Shown here piece by piece: positions 11,015 through 22,568 of a DNA stretch of 64,000 nt; within the stretch, counting starts at the first letter, position 1, and each line of letters opens with the position of its first letter. The DNA comes from Epithemia pelagica. Lineage: Eukaryota; Protista; Bacillariophyta. The DNA is taken from assembly GCA_946965045.2 (NCBI GenBank), contig OX337233.1, forward strand, positions 1,550,001 to 1,614,000. The letters run 5' to 3'. Under the pieces are notes generated by a model. It was not told where the DNA came from. It saw nothing but the letters and a program-made list of their open reading frames with translations, and did no database searches. A program made the translations under genes and the position numbers.

Positions 11015-14000
11015 ATGAAAGCTATGTCTTCATCTTCCCTGAGAATGACCACCTTTCTTTGGGCTATCGTGGTTCTGTTGGTCACAATCACCGGTTTTCG
11101 CAATGAGAATCTTCCCATGTTGTTTGCAATGGCGGTAGATCGATCGAAATTTCGTACCTGTCAGCAAACTTCCTTTTGTCGTCGTCACCGACACGGAAAA
11201 GCATCCAGTTTGTACAAATACCAACTCGAAGCCGATAGTCTTCAACTCCATTCGCCATCCGCTACCGAAGCTGCTCAGAAAACCGATTCCGAAACGAATT
11301 CCAAAGGCAAAACCTCGGTCTGGTCGTCCTTATCGCTCCACATTTTGGGCAAAAACGACAAGGCAGATCGTGCCGAACCTTCTTCGATTGCTGGTGTGCT
11401 AGATCCCTATGTGCGCGGTACAAGTCCTACCTTGACGGGAACCTTGGTCAATACGGCCAAGGAAACTTCGACTGGCAGCAGAGAGCAACTGCAATGGGCA
11501 GTGTACGCGATGCAGGATGGCATTGCTCGCATGCGTGTGATTGAAATGTATGGCAAGGTTGCCGGTTCGGCCTTTCAGGAACCAAGAATCACATATGATG
11601 ATTTGGTCTTGCATGAACCAAATCAATGGAAGGCGGCGCCATTTGCTCGTTTGATTCGTCATTCATCGGCCATCGAAGGTGCCGAGACTCAAACTTCAAA
11701 GAACACTGATGAAATATTGGAACGATTGGTCGCCATGACAACAGCTGATCCGGTGTCCTCCACCGAATTTGTAGCACTCGAGTTTGGTGAAAGTGCCTTG
11801 TTTGAACTAGATGCGAGTACCTTTGTGCTGATTCGTCTCGATTCGTTTGCGGTTTGGATGTTCCGAGGAAATGACTTGAATGCGGGTCCCATTATTGTTT
11901 TGAATGATGAGTCGTTGATGAGTTTCGAAGTTCGGCGATACAAAGAAAGTGAACAACAAGAGCAAGTGAAGGACGAAAAAGGTGATGTTGAGAAGGGTAA
12001 AGAGGAAGGGGAAGCGAAACCAGAGAAAGAAATTGTAGGATACTGGGAAGATGGTTTGGCTATTTACGCGGATGGAACCCGTGAAGAGAAGAAGGAAGTG
12101 ACCGAAAAGGAGGACGAAGTTGATGGTGAGCATCGCAAGTTGTCGGGAGAAGAACTCGACCTGGACGGAGCTTGGGAAGAAAAGTGGATGCAACATCACG
12201 ACTCTAAACCATACGGGCCTATGAGCGTCGGCATGGACATTCACTTTCCTCAGTCTGTTCATTTGTTTGGATTACCAGAACACGCGTCAGCTGCAGTTCT
12301 TCAAGACACCAATACACATTACAAGGATCCCTATCGTCTGTATAATTTGGATGTTTTTGAACACGAAATCGACGAACCAATGGCATTGTACGGCGCCGTG
12401 CCAATGATTGTAAGTCAAAGCTCCGTAACTGGTACCTCCGGAGTATTCTGGTTCAACCCCACCGAAACCTTTGTGGACGTGGAACGACCCAGCGAAGAGA
12501 AGAATTCACCAGAAACAACAAAGACACATTGGATGAGTGAAAGTGGAGTACTGGATCTATTTCTCTTGTCGGGTGGCAGCAACCCAGCCTCCCTCTACCA
12601 ACAGTATGCTCTTTTGACTGGAACAGCTCCAACGCCGCCTATCTTTAGTTTGGGCTATCATCAGTGTCGCTGGAATTACAAAGATGAAAAGGATGTGTAC
12701 GGAGTGCACCGTAAATTTAAGGAACTGGACTACCCTTATGACGTTTTGTGGTTGGATATTGAGCACACCGACGGCAAGCGTTACTTCACGTGGGATTCCA
12801 AGTTATTTCCAAACCCAGTAGAGATGCAGGAAACACTTTGGGCCTCGGGACGACGTATGGTGACTATTATCGATCCTCATATTAAGCGCGACGACGGCTA
12901 CCCAATTCATAAGGAGGCAACGGCGAAGGGTCTTTACGTAAAAGATAAGGATGGGACCAAGGACTATGATGGTTGGTGCTGGCCAGGATCTTCATCGTAC
13001 TTGGATTTCACACAAGCTCATGTCCGAGAATGGTGGGCTAGCTTGTTTTCCTTTTCAAAATATAAGGGATCAACTCCAAGTCTATTTACCTGGAATGATA
13101 TGAACGAGCCAAGTGTCTTCAACGGACCTGAGGTGAGCATGCCCAAAGACTTGCGAAACTTACAAGGTCACGAGCATCGAGAGTGGCACAATATATACGG
13201 TATGCTTTTTCATCGGGCGACTTCTGAAGGATTGGTGGCACGCAGCCCTGAAGGGCAAACCCGCCCATTTGTGCTGACTCGTTCATTTTTTGCGGGAAGT
13301 CAAAAGTATGGTGCCATCTGGACTGGTGACAACACTGCTGAATGGAGTTTCCTGAAGATTGCATCACCGATGCTGTTGAGTCTGAACGTTGCGGCCTTGT
13401 CATTTGTTGGGGCCGATGTCGGTGGCTTCTTTGGCAATCCAGACGCGGAACTCTTTACGCGATGGATGCAGACGGGCGCTTACCAACCCTTCTTTCGGGG
13501 GCATGCTCATCACGATTCCAAACGACGGGAACCTTGGATGTTTGACGAACCAACATTGGCGCGATGTCGTCGGGCTGCAATGGGTCGGTACGCCCTGCTG
13601 CCCATGTGGTATACCCTCTTTCGAGAAGCAGAAACCAAGGGAATGCCAGTGATGCGCTCTATGTGGATGCAATATCCCACACTTGAATCCCTGTATTCAG
13701 TCGACCACCAATACTTGCTTGGGTCCGATTTTCTGGTGCACCCAGTTGTGGAACCAGGCTGCACCGAAGTTACTGTCTTGTTTCCCGCCGAAGATATCTG
13801 GTATGAGGCTGATACGCTGAAGCGCGCAAGCTTTACCGAAGCCCGCGAAGGTGGAGTTGTGAGTCAGCCCTGGCCGGTTGATATGGAAAGTATTCCAGTC
13901 TTCCAACGAGGGGGCTCCATCGTGGCCCGCAAGCTCTGGCTTCGTAGAAGTTCCCAGTTGATGAAATCAGATCCCTACACGTTGTTTGTGGCTCTTGACA

Positions 14001-14341
14001 AGTCATTGCAAGCTGAGGGACAGTTATACATGGACGATGAAGAGACCTTTGCTTATATCACAAACGACGAATACGCGATGGCCCACTTCTTCATCGATTT
14101 GAGCGGTAGCCGTACCATGACCAACAAAGTCGAAGCGGGACACGGATGGACACACAAGGCCGATTCCCGTGTCATTGAACGCATTGCAGTGGCCGGTGTC
14201 GCATCCAAGCCCAGTGGAATAGTCCTCGGCAATTCTACCGCTGCAAGTATGACATTTGATTACGATGAGGCAACTCAAATGATTGTGATTCGCAATCCTA
14301 TGATATCGGCTGACCAGGATTGGACGATTCAATTTTCATAG
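11015..14341 (+). CDS. GANAB: ER glucosidase II alpha subunit (glycoside hydrolase family 31)
   Basis: 1108-aa ORF with N-terminal hydrophobic segment, RSKFRTCQQTSFCRR, and GH31 motifs LGYHQCRWNY, WLDIEH, WNDMNEPSVF and IWTGDN. Confidence 0.95.
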   Translation: MKAMSSSSLRMTTFLWAIVVLLVTITGFRNENLPMLFAMAVDRSKFRTCQQTSFCRRHRHGKASSLYKYQLEADSLQLHSPSATEAAQKTDSETNSKGKTSVWSSLSLHILGKNDKADRAEPSSIAGVLDPYVRGTSPTLTGTLVNTAKETSTGSREQLQWAVYAMQDGIARMRVIEMYGKVAGSAFQEPRITYDDLVLHEPNQWKAAPFARLIRHSSAIEGAETQTSKNTDEILERLVAMTTADPVSSTEFVALEFGESALFELDASTFVLIRLDSFAVWMFRGNDLNAGPIIVLNDESLMSFEVRRYKESEQQEQVKDEKGDVEKGKEEGEAKPEKEIVGYWEDGLAIYADGTREEKKEVTEKEDEVDGEHRKLSGEELDLDGAWEEKWMQHHDSKPYGPMSVGMDIHFPQSVHLFGLPEHASAAVLQDTNTHYKDPYRLYNLDVFEHEIDEPMALYGAVPMIVSQSSVTGTSGVFWFNPTETFVDVERPSEEKNSPETTKTHWMSESGVLDLFLLSGGSNPASLYQQYALLTGTAPTPPIFSLGYHQCRWNYKDEKDVYGVHRKFKELDYPYDVLWLDIEHTDGKRYFTWDSKLFPNPVEMQETLWASGRRMVTIIDPHIKRDDGYPIHKEATAKGLYVKDKDGTKDYDGWCWPGSSSYLDFTQAHVREWWASLFSFSKYKGSTPSLFTWNDMNEPSVFNGPEVSMPKDLRNLQGHEHREWHNIYGMLFHRATSEGLVARSPEGQTRPFVLTRSFFAGSQKYGAIWTGDNTAEWSFLKIASPMLLSLNVAALSFVGADVGGFFGNPDAELFTRWMQTGAYQPFFRGHAHHDSKRREPWMFDEPTLARCRRAAMGRYALLPMWYTLFREAETKGMPVMRSMWMQYPTLESLYSVDHQYLLGSDFLVHPVVEPGCTEVTVLFPAEDIWYEADTLKRASFTEAREGGVVSQPWPVDMESIPVFQRGGSIVARKLWLRRSSQLMKSDPYTLFVALDKSLQAEGQLYMDDEETFAYITNDEYAMAHFFIDLSGSRTMTNKVEAGHGWTHKADSRVIERIAVAGVASKPSGIVLGNSTAASMTFDYDEATQMIVIRNPMISADQDWTIQFS

Positions 14342-14574
14342 TGCCGTATTGGTCGGCGTGCATGATTGCTGATTTTGGCACAAGTCAAATTGAAATTAGC
14401 AGCTATTAGTAGGAGCGTGAAGGCAGACCACCGATGTCAAGGCAACGAACTTATCATCAAATCACCATAGATAAGTATAAGGAGGATAACCCCTGCTAGT
14501 ACAAGGGTGTCCAAGTCTTTTCCACAATCTCAACCCAGACCAGTTCCATCTAGATGAATCACTGTCTAATACGC

Positions 14575-14889
14575 TTAATACTGGTGACCAGAGGCGGCTG
14601 CCTTGGCTCCCAATTCGAAATGCTTTGTACGTTTCAAGCACATGTGCGTCTTAGTCTTGCACTTCTTGCATTCCAAACGTAGCACAATCTTTCTTGTTGT
14701 CTTGGCCTTCTTGTGAAAAATTGGCTTTGTTTGCCCTCCAAATCCCATCTGCTTACTGTCGTACCGGCGCTTCCCTTGAGCAAAGTTACTCGCCTTTCCA
14801 GCCTTGTATTGGGTCACCTTGTGCACTTCATGTCTCTTGCACTTACTACCGGCACAGTAGGTTCTCCGCTCCTTTGGGACATTCACCAT
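14575..14889 (-). CDS. RPL44: 60S ribosomal protein eL42 (L44/L36a)
   Basis: [12 protein letters not shown]...[10 protein letters not shown]...[27 protein letters not shown]; 104 aa from ATG at 14889. Confidence 0.97.
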   Translation of the reverse strand: MVNVPKERRTYCAGSKCKRHEVHKVTQYKAGKASNFAQGKRRYDSKQMGFGGQTKPIFHKKAKTTRKIVLRLECKKCKTKTHMCLKRTKHFELGAKAAASGHQY

Positions 14890-15324
14890 TTTGAAGCAGT
14901 CTGAAATCACGCGCAGGATATGAGAACACACGCACGAAAAAGATATCTACTCTCAACAAGAAGATCTCAACCTCAAACAAAAAAACAAATAATAACTCAC
15001 ATAAACAACACCAACTTCTCTGACGGCGCCAAGCTTGCCCGCAACAATCATGAAAAGCTCTTTCACGTTCAGTGATGCGGTAAGCGGTAAGGAGTAACTC
15101 ATGGCCTCCGGGTACTCTCTGGTGCGATCTAACAGCGACCACTTCAGGCTGTAGGTAGCTGGTGGGAGGGCTAGATGTGGGGCCCGAAAAGCGGTTCGTC
15201 TATGTGGCCCCTTGTCACAAGCGGGCTGCCCCCCCCGCTCCATGATTCCGAGAGTAATGGCGCCAGGGCAGTCGGTCGACCGTGCCCTAGCGGGTAGGCG
15301 CGGCAGCTGGAAGAATAGACTATT

Positions 15325-15496
15325 TGTCTTATTCCGGCTGTAAGCTTGATCACGGGCATCCAAGACCCACGGAAGCTGATTTTACCGCTTACATGGTTAC
15401 TTTCTTGCCTCTGCTTGAACGTAGTATAATTTTCTCTTTATCTGTAAGGATGTTGTTACGATAGTGGGATTTTGCTCCCACAGGCAAAATAAGACA
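15325..15496 (+). repeat. 5' LTR (172 bp)
   Basis: Base-for-base identical to 21392-21563 on manual comparison. Confidence 0.95.
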
Positions 15497-16196
15497 GTTT
15501 ATCAGACCCAAGAAGTATAGAAAGATGGCGAAGCGAGCGAACACCAGGAATGGAATGCTACAAGGAACGAAGCGTGTTGAAATCGGAATAGCCGACCGGA
15601 AACAGTAATTACTAAGGGAACCGCTGTCCCAGCGGGGGGAACCAGTACGGGAGTGAGATCGGAAGCCTGAAGGAAAGGGAAACGGAGTTGCCCCAGTGAT
15701 GTCGGCACTGGTGGAAGTACTGGTGGTTCCGTAATGGAGCTGGTAGTGTAGGGAAAAGCTTGAATGCAGCGATTTGTGGGAGTGTCATTTGCTTTGAGTA
15801 CCTGTACCTACGACAACAAGAGCAGGAAGAAGCTACATCGCGTCATTCGAGGCAGAAAGAGGCAAGAAATAATAGATGGGAAAGAGCTTCAGCGAGAGCT
15901 AGCCAAGAAAGTGCAAGGGAAGCAGTCGATGTGCTTGAAAACGACGAAACAGAGACCTCAAAGAATCACTATTTGTCATTGACAACAATGACTGATATAA
16001 ACTGGAAGTAATGGGAATTGTAGGAGCTACAGAAATGGAGGGAGTTACAGAAGTTGTGTGAGCAGAAGCTGTGGAAGCCGAAGCAGATATACAAGTATCC
16101 ATGAAGGACGCAGAATTAGGAAAGGAACAGCACAGTACATCGAATGGGAGCGGCGGTGGAAGTTAAAACAAGGAGCGGAAGTGGAAACACAAATGG

Positions 16197-16612
16197 GAAG
16201 CGGAAGCTGCTACCAAATTCAAGTACCTACAGGTAGTGGAGGAAGTTGAAGAGGAAGTGGAAGCCGCTACCAATTTAAGTACCCACAGGTAGTGGAGGGA
16301 GTCGAAGCGGAAATCCCACAGCCTTGGATATCACCGGTGAAACCAGTGTTTCACTGGTTGGGAAGCACCCGGAAGGTTCATCTAATACTGGGATGGGAAC
16401 TGCAACGGGATAGTTGCAGGGGGAATGGCTGTTGGGATGGGTGCACCGTGTGGTGCATCTGGGAGATGGTGGCACCCAAGGTACAGGTGTCACCGGATAA
16501 GGATGCATCTGGGAGTTGGGAGTCATGGTGGCACCTAAGGTACAGGTGCCACTGGTGGATAGGGGTGCATCCGGGCGTGATAGTGGCACCCATGGTACAG
16601 GTGTCACCGGAT
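16197..16612. repeat. Imperfect ~55-60-bp tandem duplications inside the LTR element
   Basis: Two copies of GAAG..GCTACCAA..AAGTACC.ACAGGTAGTGGAG (16197-16308) and three copies of GGTGGCACC.AAGGTACAGGTG (16440-16612). Confidence 0.8.
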
Positions 16613-18666
16613 TGGGCATTGAGGAAGAGCTCTATTGACAAAAGGAATAACCCCACTTGTTAGGAATTCAAGTTCTCGTGAAAAGGATTTATTCGTAGGG
16701 AGTTGGATGTGGAAATTTTGCGGCAATGCAGTGTCGGAAGTAATGGAAATGACGTGTGGCATAACAGATCGTGCCCCTGCATTGGAGCAATACATCAATT
16801 GGCAACGGACAAGGAATCTGCATCATCAGGGAGTCGAAGTATCGACTGGGATTTGTAGCCGAATTGGGATCAGAGCGTTGGGTTATAAAGGGATGAAGCA
16901 TTGGGGCTGCCAAGCATGTATCAACCACAGGATCTTTAATGGGACATCGTTTTGGATGCGAAAGTTGGCTGGAGACTGCTCTGCATTTGGTATGAAATGA
17001 CAAGGAAAGACTTGTTGGGCCATCGACATGGGAATGAGGACCTCGTGGAGTAGAAGGTTCCTCCTCCCATAGCTCCGCAAGAGCCATGGTTGGAGGACGG
17101 GGACAAAAAAAGGCAGCAAGTATGCAGCAGCAACCCTGGTTATTGGCCAAAAGAAACCAGACAGAAACGTTGACGACGGGAGATAAGCTCCCTATTGTGA
17201 TATGCTAGTTCCCAAGGACGTTTGGCAGGGCTCGGACAATGGCGGAAAAGCAACTGTCACGATCTGCCCCGTGACGAAAGCTCCTACCTCTCTCTGGTCC
17301 ATCCATTTTGTCAAGTCAGTCGAATCGTTGGTCGCCTTGGGTTGTTCCGTTGCGTGTGTACTTGAATTATCTACACTCCTCTCCAAAGGTTGACAATCAC
17401 TTGTGGCTCCTGGGCCCGCATGAGGAGTGGGCCTACTGGAGAAGTGGGCCATAGAAACAGTCTGCCCTCATTGAGAGTACAAAATCACGGACACTTGAAG
17501 TGATTGCTCTGCCATTCGAAAGAAGGGCCACTACGGATCCTGGGAACACTTTTACTCGGTATGCGAAAGACGAAGGACCCACTCATGACAAAGACGACGT
17601 ATTCGCGGATGAGGTCGTTTCTTCTTGTGGACATCATATTGTTGTTGTGGCTGTTGACATCATGTTGGCATCCAACGGAAAGACACGAACATGGCGCGAC
17701 AATAGGTTTACTGTGGAGTCTCATGCAGAGTTGTATTATTATACTACGGCAAACGGAGGTCCATGTAAGCTTCACATCAGCTAAAGAAGATAAGGAGTTT
17801 CGAAGGTGGATGTGCTGGATCTTTTGGCCGACTGTCAATAACAACAAAACAGAATGAAAATGAAACCATCGAACAAGAAACCAACGAACAAGACTTGGCC
17901 AAACCGGATATAGCCAACTAACTCGGCTGATGGCAAGAATTTCGTGGAAGATAATGGAAGTGGACCAGGATATTTGGTGGACATGGAAAAAGAAGAGGGA
18001 AAAGCGGGGACTAACAGGAATCGTCCCATCCGATGAGAGGAATATGGAGAGATGGTCATGGAAGAGATGCCGGAAGTTGATGAGTATGAGGATAGCGGAT
18101 CCAGACAAAACATGTGCTGATGAGCCACCTGTGCCTGTAGCACAGAGAAATGGTGTGGGGATGCACAGGCGAAGATTACGAAAGGAGCGGCGAGTGACCC
18201 TACCATGGAGATCTGGTCGGGTCAGGGTGCTCTTGGAGCTATTGGATTATGATGGCGGATTGCTCCTATCTGGCGTAGGCTTGGGTCAGGTGAAACAGCG
18301 AACTGTGTCTTTGCACTGTAGGCTTGCAACCTTGGAGAGATTGTATAGAGTCGTGAATGTTAAAAGGAAATGATCCCTGTTGAGGTATGGCAGCGGAACC
18401 ACAAATGCAACACTTGTCTCAGGTAAGACCATAGCCACAAATGGTGGAAAGTCTGTGTCAGGAGATTTTCTGGGGTCCACACAGTACACGGGAGAGAAGT
18501 TGTACATTCCTGAGGGGTTTACAATGGAGATGGAACAGGATTGGATACTGTCTCTTCTCGTACGTCCAATGACAGTTCACGAATGGCTGAAATCAGGAAG
18601 AGTTGGAATGCGAAGCCTCTCGCGCCACCACGGAAGGTTAAAGTATCATGGACGAGTTTTGGCTGG

Positions 18667-18669
<3 letters not shown>

Positions 18670-18701
<32 letters not shown>
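18670..18701. repeat. (GA)n microsatellite
   Basis: About 15 uninterrupted GA units. Confidence 0.95.
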
Positions 18702-18704
<3 letters not shown>

Positions 18705-19031
18705 CTGTGGTATGCGCGGGGACGATATGCGCGGGGACGAATTGAAGTATGAGGTCAAGAGACGCATTGGCCTGGTAAGGGACAAGAAGTATTGCAGCAG
18801 TGGTGAATTGTGGGCTATGGACGTGGAACATTGGAATAAGACAGTGTTCAGAAGTGGGGATTGGATTCGCGTCTCGTTACTATGATGGAAGTCCAAGGTC
18901 ATTTGGATGAACTAGGAAAGACATCAGAAGAATATACATCGGACCGCCCACAAAAGGGAACAAAACAAAACACGTGAAAGGAATACCCACGATCTTATGG
19001 AAAAAAAAAATGGGGGGCAAGACCTGGTTGC

Positions 19032-19688
19032 TTACATTCCTCTTCCCATGCTAGCTCTGGCTTTCATGGTCAGAGGACGGGGACAATACCTTGGTTGAGA
19101 AGTTGGGTAAGGAAAAAGAGCTTTGCGTTGACTGGGCCGTACATGAGATGTTGTCGCCGTGGGAGACGACGGACTGGTGGTGGGATTGGTGCTAGGTTTG
19201 GACGACGGAATGCCTGGTGTGTCAATGAGACTTTGAACCAAGGACGGATTCTTGTTGGGAGATTGTGAAGAAACGGATGTGGACTCAAACTCACCAAGAG
19301 GGAAAAACTGCACCGTCACACTAAATCGCACAAATGTGTTGACACAGTTAATCAAATCACCCACTTCATTTGATGTAGTCAGTCGAATGGGCAAAGAAAC
19401 CTGGCATTTGTCCAATACCAGCGGGAAGAAATCGGGTGACAATGAGGGGGACACGGGAGCATTGGATCCACATTGCGACATGGTTGGGCCCGAGATAGTA
19501 TCCAAAAGGGTAGCAATGGGCGAAGTCCCGTCTTCTGTCATGACCTCCAGGATAAAGTATTCCAACGATGAATCAAAGTCACCACTAACATCAACGTCGG
19601 AAATGGAAACCACGGCCGCGCGGAAGAAAGTGTCGTCGTAGACTTCGTCCATGGACGAGGAAATGGTAAAGGTACCTCCAAATGCCAA
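19032..19688 (-). CDS. Antisense ORF inside the LTR element (218 aa), possibly a captured fragment of a secreted or surface protein
   Basis: Longest ORF in the element interior. Beta-rich N-terminal part followed by a Pro/Ser/Thr stalk (PSSKPSTNPTTSPSSPT). Not gag- or pol-like. Confidence 0.4.
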   Translation of the reverse strand: MAFGGTFTISSSMDEVYDDTFFRAAVVSISDVDVSGDFDSSLEYFILEVMTEDGTSPIATLLDTISGPTMSQCGSNAPVSPSLSPDFFPLVLDKCQVSLPIRLTTSNEVGDLINCVNTFVRFSVTVQFFPLGEFESTSVSSQSPNKNPSLVQSLIDTPGIPSSKPSTNPTTSPSSPTATTSHVRPSQRKALFPYPTSQPRYCPRPLTMKARASMGRGM

Positions 19689-20883
19689 TTTTTGTTGAGT
19701 AGCCCAAGGCTAGGACATGAGTACTGCAAACGCAAAGGTAATGTGTCAAACGCAAAGGTAATGTGTTAAACGCAAAGGAAATGTGTCTTGTTCGTCGGGA
19801 CAGTGGTGTGGTTGGTTGATGACATCAGTGGAACCGTTCTGGAGTTTTGTGTGCAGGAAAGGAGAGACCTTGGTAGAGCCGCAAACAGACTGGAGGTGAG
19901 ACAGAAATGACACTACTGGCCAAGTGCAGCCAAACGACAGGAAGCAAAAATGCACTAGAGATCGGAGGAAAGGTTGCCGGATCCTTTGTTCTGGAGGAAG
20001 CAACATAATCCCTGAGGAGGTTGCCCAGGCGAACATAAACTGGAGAGAGGTACACTTTGGGTAGGAGGCTACGTATGGGTTGCTCTCTGTACATGCAGAC
20101 AGAGTTTTGTTCGTGTCTGCCAAGGTGGAGTCTCCTTGTTTGCTACGAGAGGGGTTGTTGTCAGGAGGACAGGCCCATGAGACAGGTGCAAGAATAGGAC
20201 GACAATCATACTTAGCCATCCGAGAGGGCTTGAAATGAAATGGAAATGATCTGCATGGCCAGTTAAGGACATTGTCAGGTAAGGAGTGTATGGAGACGGT
20301 AGAAGTTGGTCAAATATGAATCGGAACTGGAAAAGGTCACACCACGCTGGGAGAGGTCGAAGAGGAGTCGAACCACAGAATTGGGAATGATTGGTGTATG
20401 GGAGAAACCTTGTAACTTTTGACTTACAGAAAATGACAAATGATGACAGTCTGAGCTTGGGATGAAATGGAAATTGCAGCAAAAGGACGGGGACCTCAAT
20501 TGCAGCAAAAAGGACAGGGACCTCACAGTTTGGAAAGCAGCGTGAATATAATCGAAGAAGACGGGGACAGTGTTTGGAAAGCAGTGTGAATATAATCAAA
20601 GAAGACGGGGACAGTGCACTCCTCATATCGACCAAGAAAGACGGGGACATCAGGACACGATGTCTGATTCATGAGTTGTTGTGAACCACGGGGCATGGGA
20701 CAAGTTATCAAAACATGGTCGCTCTTAGTAATGGGGGGTGAAAATGTGTGGTAGCAAACGTTGTGGGATACTTCCTTCATTGCTGGGAGGAAAATTAAGA
20801 GAGATATGATATGTGGTAGAGAGAACAAGGAATTATCCGTACAGCAAAGCTGTGGAATAGTTGGGGAGTTGCGATGATGAGAA

Positions 20884-21060
20884 ATGGTGCATCTGGATTA
20901 CATAGCATTTATCACTTGCGCAGACGGGGCGAGAAGGAGTACTTTCTGGACGCAGGGAATGGTATATTCTGTAAACATTCACTTGGACTCAGCTTACGAC
21001 GTGGAAGCGCCAACAGACTCGTGCAGGATCATGTATCTATCTATCTGCTGGGGCAAATAC
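20884..21060 (+). pseudogene. Degenerate Ty1/copia RT-RNase H junction remnant
   Basis: HLDYIAFITCADGA...GMVYSVNIHLDSAY resembles the copia LLxYxATxPDA...SDMxLxIHSDASY motif and lies in the expected position upstream of the PPT. Confidence 0.45.
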
Positions 21061-21391
21061 ATTGAATGGCGACCGGACAACAAGTTTTGCGCTCATTCTG
21101 GTCATGGGGTGCCTGTTGGGTATTAAAAGGAGCAGGGTTGAAAGAAACAGGTGTCACACTATGGAACAGTGTCTTGCGACGAGGCTATCTCGAGCGCCAT
21201 TGTCAGATAGGGAGAGACAGCAAGGTGGAGGACCGTCCCGAACACAAGAATGACATCAAATTGCAACGAGCATGAATGAGTGAGGAATGGGTTTCATGCA
21301 TTTATCCGCCATGGACCCATGGGGACTTTGGCTTGAATATGTTCCTCATTCCACAGCCTTCATTCCAAGTCGGAAATCGACTTGCGGGGAC

Positions 21392-21563
21392 TGTCTTATT
21401 CCGGCTGTAAGCTTGATCACGGGCATCCAAGACCCACGGAAGCTGATTTTACCGCTTACATGGTTACTTTCTTGCCTCTGCTTGAACGTAGTATAATTTT
21501 CTCTTTATCTGTAAGGATGTTGTTACGATAGTGGGATTTTGCTCCCACAGGCAAAATAAGACA
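21392..21563 (+). repeat. 3' LTR (172 bp)
   Basis: Identical to 15325-15496; TG...CA termini. Confidence 0.95.
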
Positions 21564-22340
21564 TATTCCCCTCGTAGACATAGACACTCTGGCTAGAGAG
21601 ACATTGGAGAAAGCAAAGTTGGACAACGTGTTTGCTACGATGATAAACTAAATCTGCTTTTCTAGGGTCTAGATGAAAAAACGACCACTGCCATCGTTCG
21701 TCGTTTCCTTCTGCCAAAGGTCTCGCACTGTTCTCGGATAACAACTTCAAGGTCTTGTACTCCGCTTCTCTAAAAGGTAGCAATGGTATAGTTAGATCGA
21801 GTCTCTCCTACGGCTACTTTCATCAGGGTTATCGATCTCAACGAAATGACACACCAGGTCGCGTGGAAAAGTCGTTCGCCTATGAGTCACCTCCCCATCA
21901 CGTTTTCTCCTTACTTGTCCTTGACTTCGTTCATATTAGCCACCTTTTCTCCTTAGTATTGTCATGCCACCACACGACAATAAACGAGCGAGTTGCGAAA
22001 AAGTAGAGACGATGGAGGAAATGCAAATGGCTTCCTATATTAGCTAGAGTAGAATAGGGAGAGATAGGAGTGATAGATAGTAGCTACATGTACTACCGAT
22101 GACCGATGACTCAAACGCGAAAGGCGAAACGAATGAGAAGAGAACTAGGGAGAAGGTGTCACCGTTCACTTGATTTTCTTTTATCTGCAACTTGCGGTAA
22201 TTGACTCAAAATGTAGTAATCCTTCTACTACTCAGAGTATCGTCACGATATAACATTCTCCATTATCACACAGTAATACCTCTGATATGATCATACTAGG
22301 TACAGATTATTTCAATATGAGGAAAACATCGAGAGTCACG

Positions 22341-22419
22341 GATGTCGGAGGATTTGGTAGATGTCGGATGATGTCGGATGATGTCGGATGATGTCGGATG
22401 ATGTCGGAGGATGTCGGAT
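22341..22419. repeat. Tandem 10-mer array (GATGTCGGAT/G)
   Basis: Six tandem copies at 22360-22419 plus one at 22341. Confidence 0.9.
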
Positions 22420-22568
22420 GTTTTTATCGCCAAAAGAATATGTACTCTCCAGCAGTTGCATGTCTTCAAGATAAATCACAAGGTTAGTAGTCGCTGATTG
22501 ACGGTAGGCCCATCAACTGAATGAGTACCGCTGGATTTTGAGGCAAACCATGTTTGCGCGCGGGCCCG

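Larger units (their letters stand above)
15325..21563 (+). mobile_element. Non-autonomous LTR retroelement, copia-derived, 6239 bp
   Basis: Identical 172-bp LTRs with TGTCTTATT...AATAAGACA ends and TATT on both flanks (15321-15324, 21564-21567). PPT-like GCGGGGAC at 21384-21391 and possible PBS at 15497-15512. Interior lacks long ORFs. Confidence 0.9.
14883..21934 (-). pseudogene. Putative 187-aa host ORF split by the LTR element (exons 21934-21915, 21769-21564 joined to 15320-15001, 14900-14883)
   Basis: Removing the element and one TSD copy fuses track ORFs 21523..21783 and 14953..15363 in frame (..YEGN/SLFFQ..). Phase-compatible GT-AG introns at 21914-21770 (with CTAAC) and 15000-14901. 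No family recognised. Confidence 0.4.

Noticed and set aside
15050-15320. GC-rich hairpins suggesting a structured ncRNA
   Set aside because: No recognisable RNase P/MRP, SRP or snoRNA motifs; the stems are short and the region is better explained as part of the interrupted ORF.
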